DNA of 64,000 nt from an uncultured Actinomycetes bacterium (GTDB lineage: Bacteria; Actinomycetota; Actinomycetes; Streptosporangiales; Streptosporangiaceae), in NCBI GenBank assembly GCA_963834705.1, contig CAWICV010000014.1, positions 77,328 to 141,327 on the forward strand, given 5' to 3'. Positions 52,941-63,345 of the stretch are shown in pieces (positions within the stretch are counted from its first letter, which is position 1; the number at the start of each line of letters is the position of its first letter). Below the pieces are notes generated by a model. The model had not been told where the DNA came from and did no database searches. It saw nothing but the letters and a program-made list of their open reading frames with translations. A program made the translations under genes and the position numbers.

Positions 52941-54169
52941 CCGATAGCGCTGACGTAGCCATCGTGGGGGCGGGGCCGTATGGCCTGTCCGTCGCGGCGC
53001 ACTTGCGCCGCTCCGGGCTGAGCGTCCGGCAGTTCGGGCTGCCGATGCACCTGTGGCGAGCGAACATGCCGCGCGGTATGTACCTCAAGTCGCAGGGCTT
53101 CGCGTCCAACCTGTCCGACCCGGACGCCGCGTTCACGCTGAGCGCGTTCTGCCGGTCAACCGGCCGCCCGTATGCCGACTACGGCCTGCCGGTGCCGCTG
53201 GACACATTCGTCGCCTACGGCGCGTGGTTCCAGCAGGCCGCCGGGCTGGAGGTGACCGAGATCATGGTCACCAGCGTGGCCGCCGCGGCGGGCGGCTACC
53301 AGCTCACCCTGGCTGACGGCGAGATGCTGACCGCCCGCCAGGTGGTGCTGGCCATCGGCGTGGAGCACTTCGCCTACCTGCCCGCGGAGCTGGCCGGGCT
53401 GCCCGCCGCGGCGTGCACGCACAGCTCGGCGCACACCGACCTGACCACGTTCCGCGGCCAGCGGGTGCTGGTCGTCGGGGCCGGCCAGTCGGCGCTGGAA
53501 TCCGCCGCGCTGCTGCACGAGAGCGGAGCCGACGTGCGGATGGTGATGCGCAAGCAGCAGGTGGTGTGGAACGGCGCCCCGCTGGCCCTGGACCGGCCGC
53601 TGCTGCAGCGGGTGCGGGAGCCGGAGGCCGGGCTCGGCTCCGGCTGGAGCACCTGGTTCTACTCCCGGCAGCCGGCCATGTTCCGGCACCTGCCCGAGTC
53701 CACCCGGATCTACCGGGCCCGGACCGCGCTCGGCCCGGCCGGGGCCAGCTGGCTGCGCGGCCGGGTGGAGGGCGAGTTCCCGATCCTGGCCGGCCACTCA
53801 CTGGCCGAGGCGGCGGACGGGCCAGACGGGGTACGGCTGACCGTCACGGACAGCACCGGGGAGCACACCGAACTGGCCGCCGACCACATCATCGCGGCCA
53901 CCGGCTACCGGCCAGACCTCGCCCGGCTGTCCTTCCTGGACCCGGAGCTGCAGGCCGGGTTGCGTACCGTGGCCCGCACCCCGGTGCTGGACCGCGATTA
54001 CCAGGCCAGCGTGCCCGGGCTGTACATGGTCGGCCCGGGCGTCGCGCCGACGTTCGGACCGGTGATGCGGTTCGTGTACGGCACCGATCACGCGGCGCGG
54101 ACCGTGGCGCGGCGGCTGTCCGCCGCAGCGGGCCAGCGCGCCAACCTGACAGTGGGGACGCCCCAGTGA
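52937..54169 (+). CDS. Flavoprotein with two dinucleotide-binding motifs (FMO / N-hydroxylating-monooxygenase-like oxidoreductase)
   Basis: 'VAIVGAGPYGLSVAAHL' (FAD) and 'RVLVVGAGQSALESAALL' (NAD(P)H). The start overlaps the previous stop (ATGA). Confidence 0.7.
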   Translation: MTDSADVAIVGAGPYGLSVAAHLRRSGLSVRQFGLPMHLWRANMPRGMYLKSQGFASNLSDPDAAFTLSAFCRSTGRPYADYGLPVPLDTFVAYGAWFQQAAGLEVTEIMVTSVAAAAGGYQLTLADGEMLTARQVVLAIGVEHFAYLPAELAGLPAAACTHSSAHTDLTTFRGQRVLVVGAGQSALESAALLHESGADVRMVMRKQQVVWNGAPLALDRPLLQRVREPEAGLGSGWSTWFYSRQPAMFRHLPESTRIYRARTALGPAGASWLRGRVEGEFPILAGHSLAEAADGPDGVRLTVTDSTGEHTELAADHIIAATGYRPDLARLSFLDPELQAGLRTVARTPVLDRDYQASVPGLYMVGPGVAPTFGPVMRFVYGTDHAARTVARRLSAAAGQRANLTVGTPQ

Positions 54170-54180
54170 GCGCCGGTGCT

Positions 54181-54217
54181 GGCCCGGGGGGCCGACCCCC
54201 CGGAACCCCCCGATCGG
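54181..54217 (+). repeat. G-run/C-run hairpin repeat element, copy C (short variant, intergenic)
   Basis: 'ggcccgggggg-ccga-ccccccgg-aa-cccccc-gatcgg' shares both ends with copies A and B but lacks the central segment. Confidence 0.5.
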
Positions 54218-54256
54218 CCCTGCGGGCCGAGCCGGCCGCTGACGCGGCCCGCAGGG
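54218..54256 (+). terminator. Perfect 12-bp stem hairpin after the flavoprotein gene (terminator or attenuator candidate, no U-tract)
   Basis: 'ccctgcgggccg-agccggccgctgacg-cggcccgcaggg'. Confidence 0.4.
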
Positions 54257-54293
54257 AACGGCGCCGGGCGGCGCGAACATCTGGGGAGACACA

Positions 54294-55773
<1,480 letters not shown>

Positions 55774-55777
<4 letters not shown>

Positions 55778-56913
55778 AGGTCCTGCATGTGATCACCGGC
55801 CTGGGGGTCGGCGGCGCGGAACACCAGCTCCGGTCGATCCTGCAGCACACCCGGCACGAGTCCGACGTGGTGACCCTGTACAACCCGGGGCCGGTCGCGG
55901 ACATGATCCGGGCCGACGGCGGGTCCGTGCGGGACCTCGGGATGACCAGCAACACGCAGCTCTCCGCGCTGCTGCGGCTGCGCCGGCTGATCCGGGCCGG
56001 CCGCTACGACGTGATGCACGCCCACCTGTACCGGTCCCAGATCTACGGGCGGACCGCGGCCTGGCTGGCCGCCACCCCGGTGATCCTGAGCACCGAGCAT
56101 TCCATCGGCGAGACGCACCTGGAGCGCAGGCCGATGACACCGGGTGTCCGGGCGCTGTACCTGGGCACCGAGTTCCTGTCCGACATCACGATCGCGGTGT
56201 CCCCGGCGGTCCGCGAGCGGTTGCTCAAGTGGGGCGTCCGGGACCACCGGATGACGGTCATCCCGAACGGTGTGGACATGCAGCGGGTCGCGTTCGACGA
56301 GCACGCCCGGGACCGGGTCCGGGCCGAGTTCGGCATCGGCCCAGACGTGTACCTGATCGGGGTACTCGGCCGCCTCGACCCGAACAAGCAATTCGACATG
56401 GTCATCGAGGCGGCGGCGGCGCTGCTCAGTGACGAGGTCAAGCTGCTCATCGTGGGCAAGGGCAACGAGCGAGCCCACCTGGAGCAGGTCGCCCGCGACC
56501 GCGGGGTGGCCGGCCAGGTGATCTTCACTGGGGAGCGGCACGACGTGGCCGACATGCTGTCCGCCATGGACCTGTTCGTGGCCTCGTCCAAGCAGGAGAC
56601 GTTCGGCCTGTCCGTGCTGGAAGGGCTGGCCAACGGGCTGCCCGTGCTGTACACGGCCTGCCCGGCCCTGGATGGCCTGACGGTGACCCAGGCCAGCCAG
56701 GTGCCGCAGGCCGCGTCCGGGATGCGCGCCGCCATGGCGGCCGAACTGGCCGCGGGCCGGCGGCCGCGGATCGCCGAGCCCGCGGTGGAGAAGGAGTACA
56801 GCATCGAGGCCGTCACCGCGCGGATTGACGACCTGTACGAGCAGCTAGGCGCCCGCCGCCGGTGGCGGACTGTTCTCCGCACCACCGGGCGGCGGACGGG
56901 GGGATCGCGATGA
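55774..56913 (+). CDS. Glycosyltransferase family 4 (GT-B, RfaG-like)
   Basis: 'MKVLHVITGLGVGGAEHQL' and 'ASSKQETFGLSVLEGLANGLPVL' (E-x7-E region). The GTG overlaps the previous stop. Confidence 0.85.
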
Positions 56914-57885
56914 GGTGCTTCATCACCGGCGCGGCCGGCTTCATCGGCTCGCACCTGGCCGAGGAACTCGTGGCCGGCGGGCACGACGTGACCGGGCTCG
57001 ACGATCTGAGCACCAGGCGGCTGGACAACCTGAGCCCGGTGGCCGGCCATCCCCGGTTCCGCCTGGTCGAGGGGTCGATCCTGGACGCGGCCACGGTGAC
57101 CGAACTGGCCGGCCGGGCGGACTGGGTGTTCCACCTGGCTGCCGCGGTGGGCGCGTTCGTCATCCGGGACCGGGCGCTGGACAGCCTGCGCACCAACATC
57201 CACGGCACGGAGAACGTGGTGACCGCCGCGCAGGCCAGCGGGGCCCGATTGCTGGTCGCGTCCACCAGCGAGATCTACGGGAAGAACACCAAGGTCGGGC
57301 TGCGCGAGGACGACGACCGGGTGATCGGCTCGCCGCTCAAGTCGCGGTGGAGCTACGCCGAGGCCAAGGCCATCGACGAGAGCCTGGTCAACTGCTACGT
57401 CCGGGAGCGCGGCCTGCGCGGTGATCGTCCGGTTCTTCAACACAGTCGGCCCGCGGCAGACCGGCCGCTATGGGATGGTCATCCCGCGCTTCGTCCGGCA
57501 GGCCCTGGCCGGGCAGCCGCTCACCGTGTTCGGCACCGGCCAGCAGGTGCGCTGCTTCTGCAACGTGCGGGATGTGGTGCCCGCGCTGCCCCGGCTGATC
57601 GCCGCCGACCGGGCCTGCGGCCGGGCGGTGAACCTGGGCAGCACCGAGCAGGTCGGCATCGAGGATCTGGCCCGCCGGGTGATCAGGCTGACCGGGTCGG
57701 CCAGCGGCATAACCCGGGCCTCCTACCTGGCGGCGTACGGCGCGGGCTACGAGGACATGGAGCGCCGGGTGCCGGACTGCACGCTCGCCGCCGACCTGGT
57801 CGGGTTCGCCGCGACCCGGAATCTGGACGAGATCATCCAGGCGGTCGCGGCCGAGCAGTCATCCGCCGCACAAGCAGCGGCGTAA
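56910..57885 (+). pseudogene. NAD-dependent sugar epimerase/dehydratase with a frameshift at ~57420 (or assembly error)
   Basis: 'MRCFITGAAGFIGSHLAEELV...STSEIYG...YAEAKAIDE' is in frame 0. 'VIVRFFNTVGPRQTGRYGMVIPRFV...' is in frame 1 (ORF 57421..57885). An extra g, or a lost dinucleotide, in 'ctgcgcGgtgatc' explains the shift. Confidence 0.75.
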
Positions 57886-58030
57886 TCAGGACGATACCGG
57901 GCATGAGGGCTTAAAAAGTGCCGATCGCGGCAGGACGGCAGACACGGGGATGGCGGGGGCAGCGAAAACGGCGTACAGCACTAATCACCGGGCGCCAGCG
58001 ACGGTGCCCGGATGGCCCCGGCATCGCGAG

Positions 58031-58105
58031 TCCCGACGTCCTGAGTCCCGAAACGCTGGGACCCGAAACGCCGGGCCCCGAAACGCTGGGTCCCGAAGCC
58101 CCATG
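58031..58105 (+). repeat. 15-bp tandem repeat (~5 units; 'cccgaaacgctgggt')
   Basis: Read directly immediately 5' of, and overlapping, the likely GH18 start. It is in-frame with the longer ORF (RNAG repeats). Confidence 0.85.
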
Positions 58106-59200
58106 GCCGGGGCGGCGTGGCTGGCCGTCGTGCTCGCCGGGGCCATCGCGGTGGTGGTGACCATGTTCAGCCTGCGTGGCGGCCCGGCCCGGCATACCAC
58201 GGTGGTGGCGTCCATGCCGTACTGGAACTTCCAGCACGGCACGGCCGCCGTGCTGGCGCACCGGGGCGCGGTGACCGAGGTGTCGCCGTGGATGTACGGC
58301 CTGGCCGTGGACGGCCAGCTCGACACGCAGTACCCCGCCGGGCAGGCGGCCGCGGTGGCCCGGGACATCCAGCGGCTGCGTGCGGCCGGCCTGCGGGTGG
58401 TGCCGACGATAGCGAACATCACCGGCGGGAAGTGGGCCTACCAGCCAGTGGGCCGGATGCTGCACTCAACCACTCTGAGGACCCGGCAGGTGGCCGCGAT
58501 CGCGGGGCTGGTGCAGCGCCATGGCTACGCCGGGGTCGATATTGATTACGAGAACCTGCCCGCCGGCGACCGGCAGGCGTTCAGCACGTTCGTCCGCCAG
58601 CTGGCGGACGCACTGCATGCCCGCGGCAAGCTGCTCTCGGTCGCCGTGTTCGCCAAGACCAGCAACGCGGGCAAGGACCCGCGCAACGTGGCCCAGGACT
58701 ACGCGGCCATCGGCCGGGCCGCCGACCAGGTGCGGCTGATGGGCTACGACTACCATTGGGCCACCTCACCGCCGGGCCCGATCGCCGCGGTGGGCTGGAT
58801 CCGGGCGGTGCTGCGCTACGCCAGGACGCAGATCCCGGCCAGCAAGATCATCCTTGGCATCCCGCTGTACGGCTACGACTGGTCTGGCGGGCACGGCACC
58901 GCGATCAGCTGGCTGCAGGCGCTCCGGCTGTCCCGGGAGTACCACGCGCCGCCGCGGTACGACGTGTCCAGCCAGGCGCCGTGGTTCAGTTACACCGACC
59001 GGGCCGGGCACCAGCACGCCGTGTGGTTCGAGAATGAGGCCAGCTCGCGGGCCAAGTTCAGCCTGGCCCAGGGGGCCGGCATCGCCGGGGTCTATCTGTG
59101 GATGTACGGCTACGAGGACGCCGGCACCTGGCCGGCGCTGAGCCAGGTGCTGCCTACCTCCGGGCCGCACGCGCTGAGCACGGCCAAGGCGGTGCCGTGA
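58103..59200 (+). CDS. Glycoside hydrolase family 18 (chitinase-like) protein with an N-terminal TM/signal segment
   Basis: 'GYAGVDIDYENL' (DxxDxDxE-type motif), 'LMGYDYHW' and 'LGIPLYGYDW'. The start at the second Met (MAGAAWLAVVLAG) was chosen over ORF start 57950. Confidence 0.8.
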   Translation: MAGAAWLAVVLAGAIAVVVTMFSLRGGPARHTTVVASMPYWNFQHGTAAVLAHRGAVTEVSPWMYGLAVDGQLDTQYPAGQAAAVARDIQRLRAAGLRVVPTIANITGGKWAYQPVGRMLHSTTLRTRQVAAIAGLVQRHGYAGVDIDYENLPAGDRQAFSTFVRQLADALHARGKLLSVAVFAKTSNAGKDPRNVAQDYAAIGRAADQVRLMGYDYHWATSPPGPIAAVGWIRAVLRYARTQIPASKIILGIPLYGYDWSGGHGTAISWLQALRLSREYHAPPRYDVSSQAPWFSYTDRAGHQHAVWFENEASSRAKFSLAQGAGIAGVYLWMYGYEDAGTWPALSQVLPTSGPHALSTAKAVP

Positions 59201-59496
59201 TGCCGTGGTGGGCGCTGGCCGTGCTGGAACGCCAGCCCCGGTTGCTGCTGCTCGCCGTGTTCTTCCCATTCATGCGCATGCTGGACGCCGCCATCTCGCT
59301 GTACTCGGTCCCGGTGGCCTGGTTGTCGGTGTCCAACGGCCGCCGGAAGAGCCCTGCCCGCCGCCCGGTGGGCGGGGCCGCCGCGGCGGCGCTCCCCGCG
59401 GCCGGCGGGCAGGCCGGCGGTGCTTTCCTCGACGGGACCAGGGATGAGCCGGGCAGGCCGGCTCGGGTGGCGGAGGCTAGTCATGTATCTGGGTGA
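59200..59496 (+). CDS. Small hydrophobic ORF, possibly the C-terminal remnant of a membrane glycosyltransferase (uncertain)
   Basis: The ATG overlaps the GH18 stop. 'MPWWALAVLERQPRLLLLAVFFPFMRMLDAAISLYSVPVAWLS' is TM-like, and the rest is low complexity and overlaps the next gene. Confidence 0.3.
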   Translation: MPWWALAVLERQPRLLLLAVFFPFMRMLDAAISLYSVPVAWLSVSNGRRKSPARRPVGGAAAAALPAAGGQAGGAFLDGTRDEPGRPARVAEASHVSG

Positions 59497-60205
59497 AGAT
59501 GGGCCAGTGGCGACCGTGCACAGCGAGCTCATGGACCCGGTGCGCATCTTGCTCGTCGATGATCATCTGATGGTCACCGAAGCGCTAGCCTCGCGGCTAT
59601 CCGCGGCCATGGACCTGTGGGTAGCCGGCCGGTGCACCACCGCCGACCCGAACCTGCTGGACATCGTGCGCGGGCTGCGGCCGGACGTCATCACGATCGA
59701 GGTGGAGCCGCTCGGCCCGGCCGCGGGCCAAGTCCTGCAGGGGCTGGTCGCGGCCCGCCCGGAGGCCAAGGTGGTGGTGCTCAGCGCGGACCACAACATC
59801 GGCCACGCGGTCGAGGCGGCCCGGGCCGGGGTGGCGGCCTGGGTGGCCAAGGAGCAGGGCGCCGCCGAACTGGAGACCGTGGTCCGCGGGGTGTGCCAGG
59901 GCTACTCCTGGTTCCCGCCGGACATGCTCGGCGCGATCCTGCGCGAGCTGCGCGCCGACGTGAACCGGGCCCGCGAGCACGACGACCTGCTGGACGTGCT
60001 CAGCCCACGGGAGCGGGACGTGCTGTTGTCCATGATGGACGGTAAACGGGGCCGTCAGATCGCCCAGGACCTGCTCATATCCACCGATACGGTGCGCACC
60101 CATACCCGGAACATCTTCGCCAAGCTGGACGTGCACAGCCGCCTGGAGGCGGTCCGGGTGGCCCGGGCGGCCGGCCTGCGGCGCCCGGAGGAGCAGGCCG
60201 AATGA
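59483..60205 (+). CDS. LuxR/NarL-family response regulator with Glu in place of the phospho-acceptor Asp (atypical, no adjacent kinase)
   Basis: The receiver has 'ILLVDDH', '...PDVITIEVEP...' where PDxxLLDLxMP is expected, 'VVVLSAD' and 'WVAKE'. The C-terminal HTH is 'LSPRERDVLLSMMDGKRGRQIAQDLLISTDTVRTHTRNIFAKL'. RBS 'ggagg' is present. Confidence 0.8.
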   Translation: MYLGEDGPVATVHSELMDPVRILLVDDHLMVTEALASRLSAAMDLWVAGRCTTADPNLLDIVRGLRPDVITIEVEPLGPAAGQVLQGLVAARPEAKVVVLSADHNIGHAVEAARAGVAAWVAKEQGAAELETVVRGVCQGYSWFPPDMLGAILRELRADVNRAREHDDLLDVLSPRERDVLLSMMDGKRGRQIAQDLLISTDTVRTHTRNIFAKLDVHSRLEAVRVARAAGLRRPEEQAE

Positions 60206-61359
60206 GCGACGGCCGGCCGGTCCGGGTAGCCACGGTCATCACCAGGCTGGACGGCGGCGCCGGGCAGCACGCGCTGCGCGGCGCGCGGGCCATGGACCCG
60301 GCCAGCTACGCCATGACGATCATCACCGGCGGTGGTGAGCTGGTGGCCGAGGCCGAAGCGGCCGGCCTGGCGGTCATCGTGGAGCCGTCGCTGCGCGCGC
60401 CCATCGCGCCCGGCAGTGACCTGCGCGCGCTGGCCCGGCTGACCGCGCTGCTGCGCGGCGGCGACTTCGGCGTGGTGCACACGCATTGCGCCAAGGCGGG
60501 CGCGGTCGGCCGGCTGGCCGCCCAGCGCGCCCGGGTGCCCCGCCTGGTGCACACCTACCACGGCTTCCCGTTCCACGAGTTCCAGGGACCCGTCCGCCGC
60601 CGCGCTTACATTTCTATCGAACGCCGGCTGGGGCGCTTCACCGACGTCGCGCTGTGCGTCGGCACCGGGGTGGCGGTCGAGGCGGTCCGCCGCCGGCTGA
60701 TCGCCCCGGAACGGGTGCGCACGATCGGGGTGGTCGCCGACGGCGCCGACCAGGCCGCCGCCCGGCCGCCACCGGCCCCGGCCCGGCGCCGCCAGGCCCG
60801 GGCCGAACTGGGCCTGCCCGCGGACGCCACCGTGGTCGGCGCGGTCGGCCGGCTGACCTATCAGAAGGCTCCGGACGACTTCCTGGCCGCGCTGCGTGCG
60901 CTGGGCCGGCCCGGGGTGACCGGGGTCTGGGTCGGCGACGGGGAACTGGCCGGGCAGGTGGCGGCCCGGGCGGCAGGCCTGCCGGGGAACCAGGTGGTGC
61001 TGGCCGGTCAGCGCAGCAACGTGCCGGACCTGCTGCCCGCGTTCGACGTGTTCGCGCTGCCCAGCCGCTACGAGGGGCTGCCCACTGCGGTGGTCGAGGC
61101 GATGGTGTGCGGCATCCCGGTGGTGGCGACCGCGGTCAACGCGGTCGGCGATGTGGTCATACCCGGCGAAACCGGGCTGCTCGTCCCGCCGGGCCGTCCG
61201 GAGCTGCTGGCCGAGGCGGTCGGCTTCCTGCTCGACTCGCCCGGTGCGGCGGCCCGGATGGCGGCCACCGCCCGGGCCCGGCTCGGCACCCGGTTCGGCG
61301 AGCAGGCGCTGCGCGGTGCCCTGGTAGCGGCCTACTCCGGTGGGTATGCCGTTGCCTAG
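60202..61359 (+). CDS. Glycosyltransferase family 4 (GT-B)
   Basis: 'VRVATVITRLDGGAGQHAL', 'VGRLTYQKAPDDF' and 'FALPSRYEGLPTAVVEAMVCGIPVVAT'. The ATG overlaps the regulator stop. Confidence 0.85.
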   Translation: MSDGRPVRVATVITRLDGGAGQHALRGARAMDPASYAMTIITGGGELVAEAEAAGLAVIVEPSLRAPIAPGSDLRALARLTALLRGGDFGVVHTHCAKAGAVGRLAAQRARVPRLVHTYHGFPFHEFQGPVRRRAYISIERRLGRFTDVALCVGTGVAVEAVRRRLIAPERVRTIGVVADGADQAAARPPPAPARRRQARAELGLPADATVVGAVGRLTYQKAPDDFLAALRALGRPGVTGVWVGDGELAGQVAARAAGLPGNQVVLAGQRSNVPDLLPAFDVFALPSRYEGLPTAVVEAMVCGIPVVATAVNAVGDVVIPGETGLLVPPGRPELLAEAVGFLLDSPGAAARMAATARARLGTRFGEQALRGALVAAYSGGYAVA

Positions 61360-61485
61360 GCTGGACATGATTAACTGGTTGTAATGCGGCACGCCGTGAC
61401 GAATTCACATCGGACGGTGACAAATCGGGGGTGGGAGGCCCACGGGGTGACGGGCCCGTGACCTCCTAAATCGGGGGTAAACGCT

Positions 61486-62304
61486 GTGGAGCCGTCGTTG
61501 GACCGGCGACGGGGCCGCGGGCGCAGGCGGTCTGACGCTCAGGACGCGCTTGCCGTGCGGGGCCTGTTGCATGATCTTGGACATCAGATGACCACACTGT
61601 CCTACCTGGTCGAAGCAGTACGCGGGGATGTGGACCTGCCGGAGGATGCGGGTTTCCGGCTGGAGTTGCTGTCCCTGGAGATGACCCGGCTGCTCGACGT
61701 CATCGCACACGAGATTCCCGGCCGCGGGGACGCGGCCGCGGCCGGCGAGGTCAGCCTGCGCTCGCTGGCCGGCCAGGTGACCCAGTTGGCCCGGGTCGCG
61801 CACGAGGCCGAGGTCGCGCTGCGGCCCGGCCCGGAGGTCCAGGTCATGGCCAGCCCGGTGCTGTTGTGGCGGGTACTGACCAACGTGGTGGACAACGCGG
61901 CCCGCGCCGCCGGGCCGGGCGGCCGGGTGGAGATCACCGTGGCCATGATGGCCGAGCCGCCACCGCGCGCGTTGCTCGAGGTGCTGGACAACGGCCCCGG
62001 ATTCGGCCACGGGCCGCCTGGCGCCGCCTCGCTCGGCCTGGGCGTGGTGACGTCGCTGCTGGAGTCCTGTGGCGGCAGCATGCAGGTCGGGGCCCCGGCG
62101 GCCGGCGGCGCACTGGTCCGGCTGCTGATCCCGGTGCTGGCCCGGGGGGAGGACCCCCCGCTCCGCCTTCCCGGGGGACTACCCCCGGAGCCCCCGGCCC
62201 CCGATCGCCGCTCCGCGCCGAGCGGCGGCAAGCCGCCGCGGACACGAGGGCCCCATCCTCCGGCCGCACCGGGCCGCCCACCGACTAGCCAGGTGAGCAC
62301 ATGA
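61486..62304 (+). CDS. Soluble histidine kinase with no sensor or TM domain (H-box plus HATPase_c)
   Basis: 'LLHDLGHQMTTLSYL' (H-box), 'VLTNVVDNAARAA' (N-box) and 'LDNGPGF...GLGLGVV' (G-boxes). It has a GTG start. The C-terminal tail is encoded by repeat copy B. Confidence 0.7.
   Translation: MEPSLDRRRGRGRRRSDAQDALAVRGLLHDLGHQMTTLSYLVEAVRGDVDLPEDAGFRLELLSLEMTRLLDVIAHEIPGRGDAAAAGEVSLRSLAGQVTQLARVAHEAEVALRPGPEVQVMASPVLLWRVLTNVVDNAARAAGPGGRVEITVAMMAEPPPRALLEVLDNGPGFGHGPPGAASLGLGVVTSLLESCGGSMQVGAPAAGGALVRLLIPVLARGEDPPLRLPGGLPPEPPAPDRRSAPSGGKPPRTRGPHPPAAPGRPPTSQVST
62139..62206 (+). repeat. G-run/C-run hairpin repeat element, copy B, in-frame in the 3' tail of the histidine-kinase CDS
   Basis: 'ggcccgggggga-ggaccccccgctccgcctt-cccggggg-acta-cccccgg-ag-cccccgg-cccccgatcg' encodes 'ARGEDPPLRLPGGLPPEPPAPD'. 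Confidence 0.6.
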
Positions 62305-62981
62305 CCGGGCTAGTCATCGGGGACGACCACAGCGTGTTCCTGGACGCCATGTCGGCGGTGCTGATCCAGCGTGGCTACCAGGTCACCGTGGCCCGCAGCG
62401 TGCGGGACACGATCGAGTCCGTGCGCCGCAAGCAGCCCGACGTATGCCTGATCGACCGGCACTTCGCCGGGGATAGCGGGATCACCGCGATCGGCCCGAT
62501 GCTCGCGGCCAGCGGCCGGACCAAGATCCTGGTGCTCAGCGCCGACCCGGACACCGAGGGCATCCGGCAGGCGCTGCAGGCCGGGGCGTCCGGCTACCTG
62601 CACAAGACCCGCGGTGTGGCCGCGCTGACCCGGGCCATCGACCGGGTGCAGCGCGGCGAGGTCGTGGTGGACGTGCCGAAGCCCCGGCCGGCCCGGGAAC
62701 GGGCCCGGTCCGACGATGCGCGCCGGCTGGCCGCCTTCCTCACCGCCCGGGAGCGGGAATGCCTCACCCTGCTGGTGGAAGGGCTGGACACGTCCGGCAT
62801 CGCGACCAAGCTGGGCGTGTCCGCGGCTACCGTGCGCACCCACGTTCAGTCGGTACTGACCAAGCTGGGCGTGCACTCCCGGCTGGAGGCCGCCTCCTAC
62901 GCGGTCCGTTACGGGCTGCTCGATGACAGCCCCGGGCTGATCCCCCAGGAGGACACCGGATTACTCCCGGAATGGGGATAA
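62301..62981 (+). CDS. LuxR/NarL-family response regulator (canonical receiver)
   Basis: 'LVIGDDH', 'PDVCLIDRHF', 'ILVLSAD', 'GYLHKT' and HTH 'LTARERECLTLLVEGLDTSGIATKLGVSAATVRTHVQSVLTKL'. The ATG overlaps the kinase stop. Confidence 0.9.
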   Translation: MTGLVIGDDHSVFLDAMSAVLIQRGYQVTVARSVRDTIESVRRKQPDVCLIDRHFAGDSGITAIGPMLAASGRTKILVLSADPDTEGIRQALQAGASGYLHKTRGVAALTRAIDRVQRGEVVVDVPKPRPARERARSDDARRLAAFLTARERECLTLLVEGLDTSGIATKLGVSAATVRTHVQSVLTKLGVHSRLEAASYAVRYGLLDDSPGLIPQEDTGLLPEWG

Positions 62982-63345
62982 CCAGCCAGAACACGGCCGG
63001 GCTGGCCGGTGCAGCCGGGGCGGGGACGGAGCGCGCCAGGCCGGCTGGCCCACCGGTGCTGGCCCACCACGCGGCCAGCGTCACCCGTGCTACCGGTACC
63101 CGGTGCAGACGGCCCGGCACCCCCCTTTGCCTGGCCATCCCTGGGACCACCGGTCCTGGCGCCCGCCCCCCTCGGGGACTTGCCCGTTCCCGGCCGTCTT
63201 CCGGGAGTCATCAGGCTAGGCTGGGACCGGCCGCCGTCACTCGGCCGCCGGGCTGAGCCGGGCTACCTCATCGGCATGGTTTCCGGGGCCCTCGTCACCG
63301 GCCCTGGGCCGTGGTTGACTCGTTGGTAGCAGGGGGTGAGTGACG

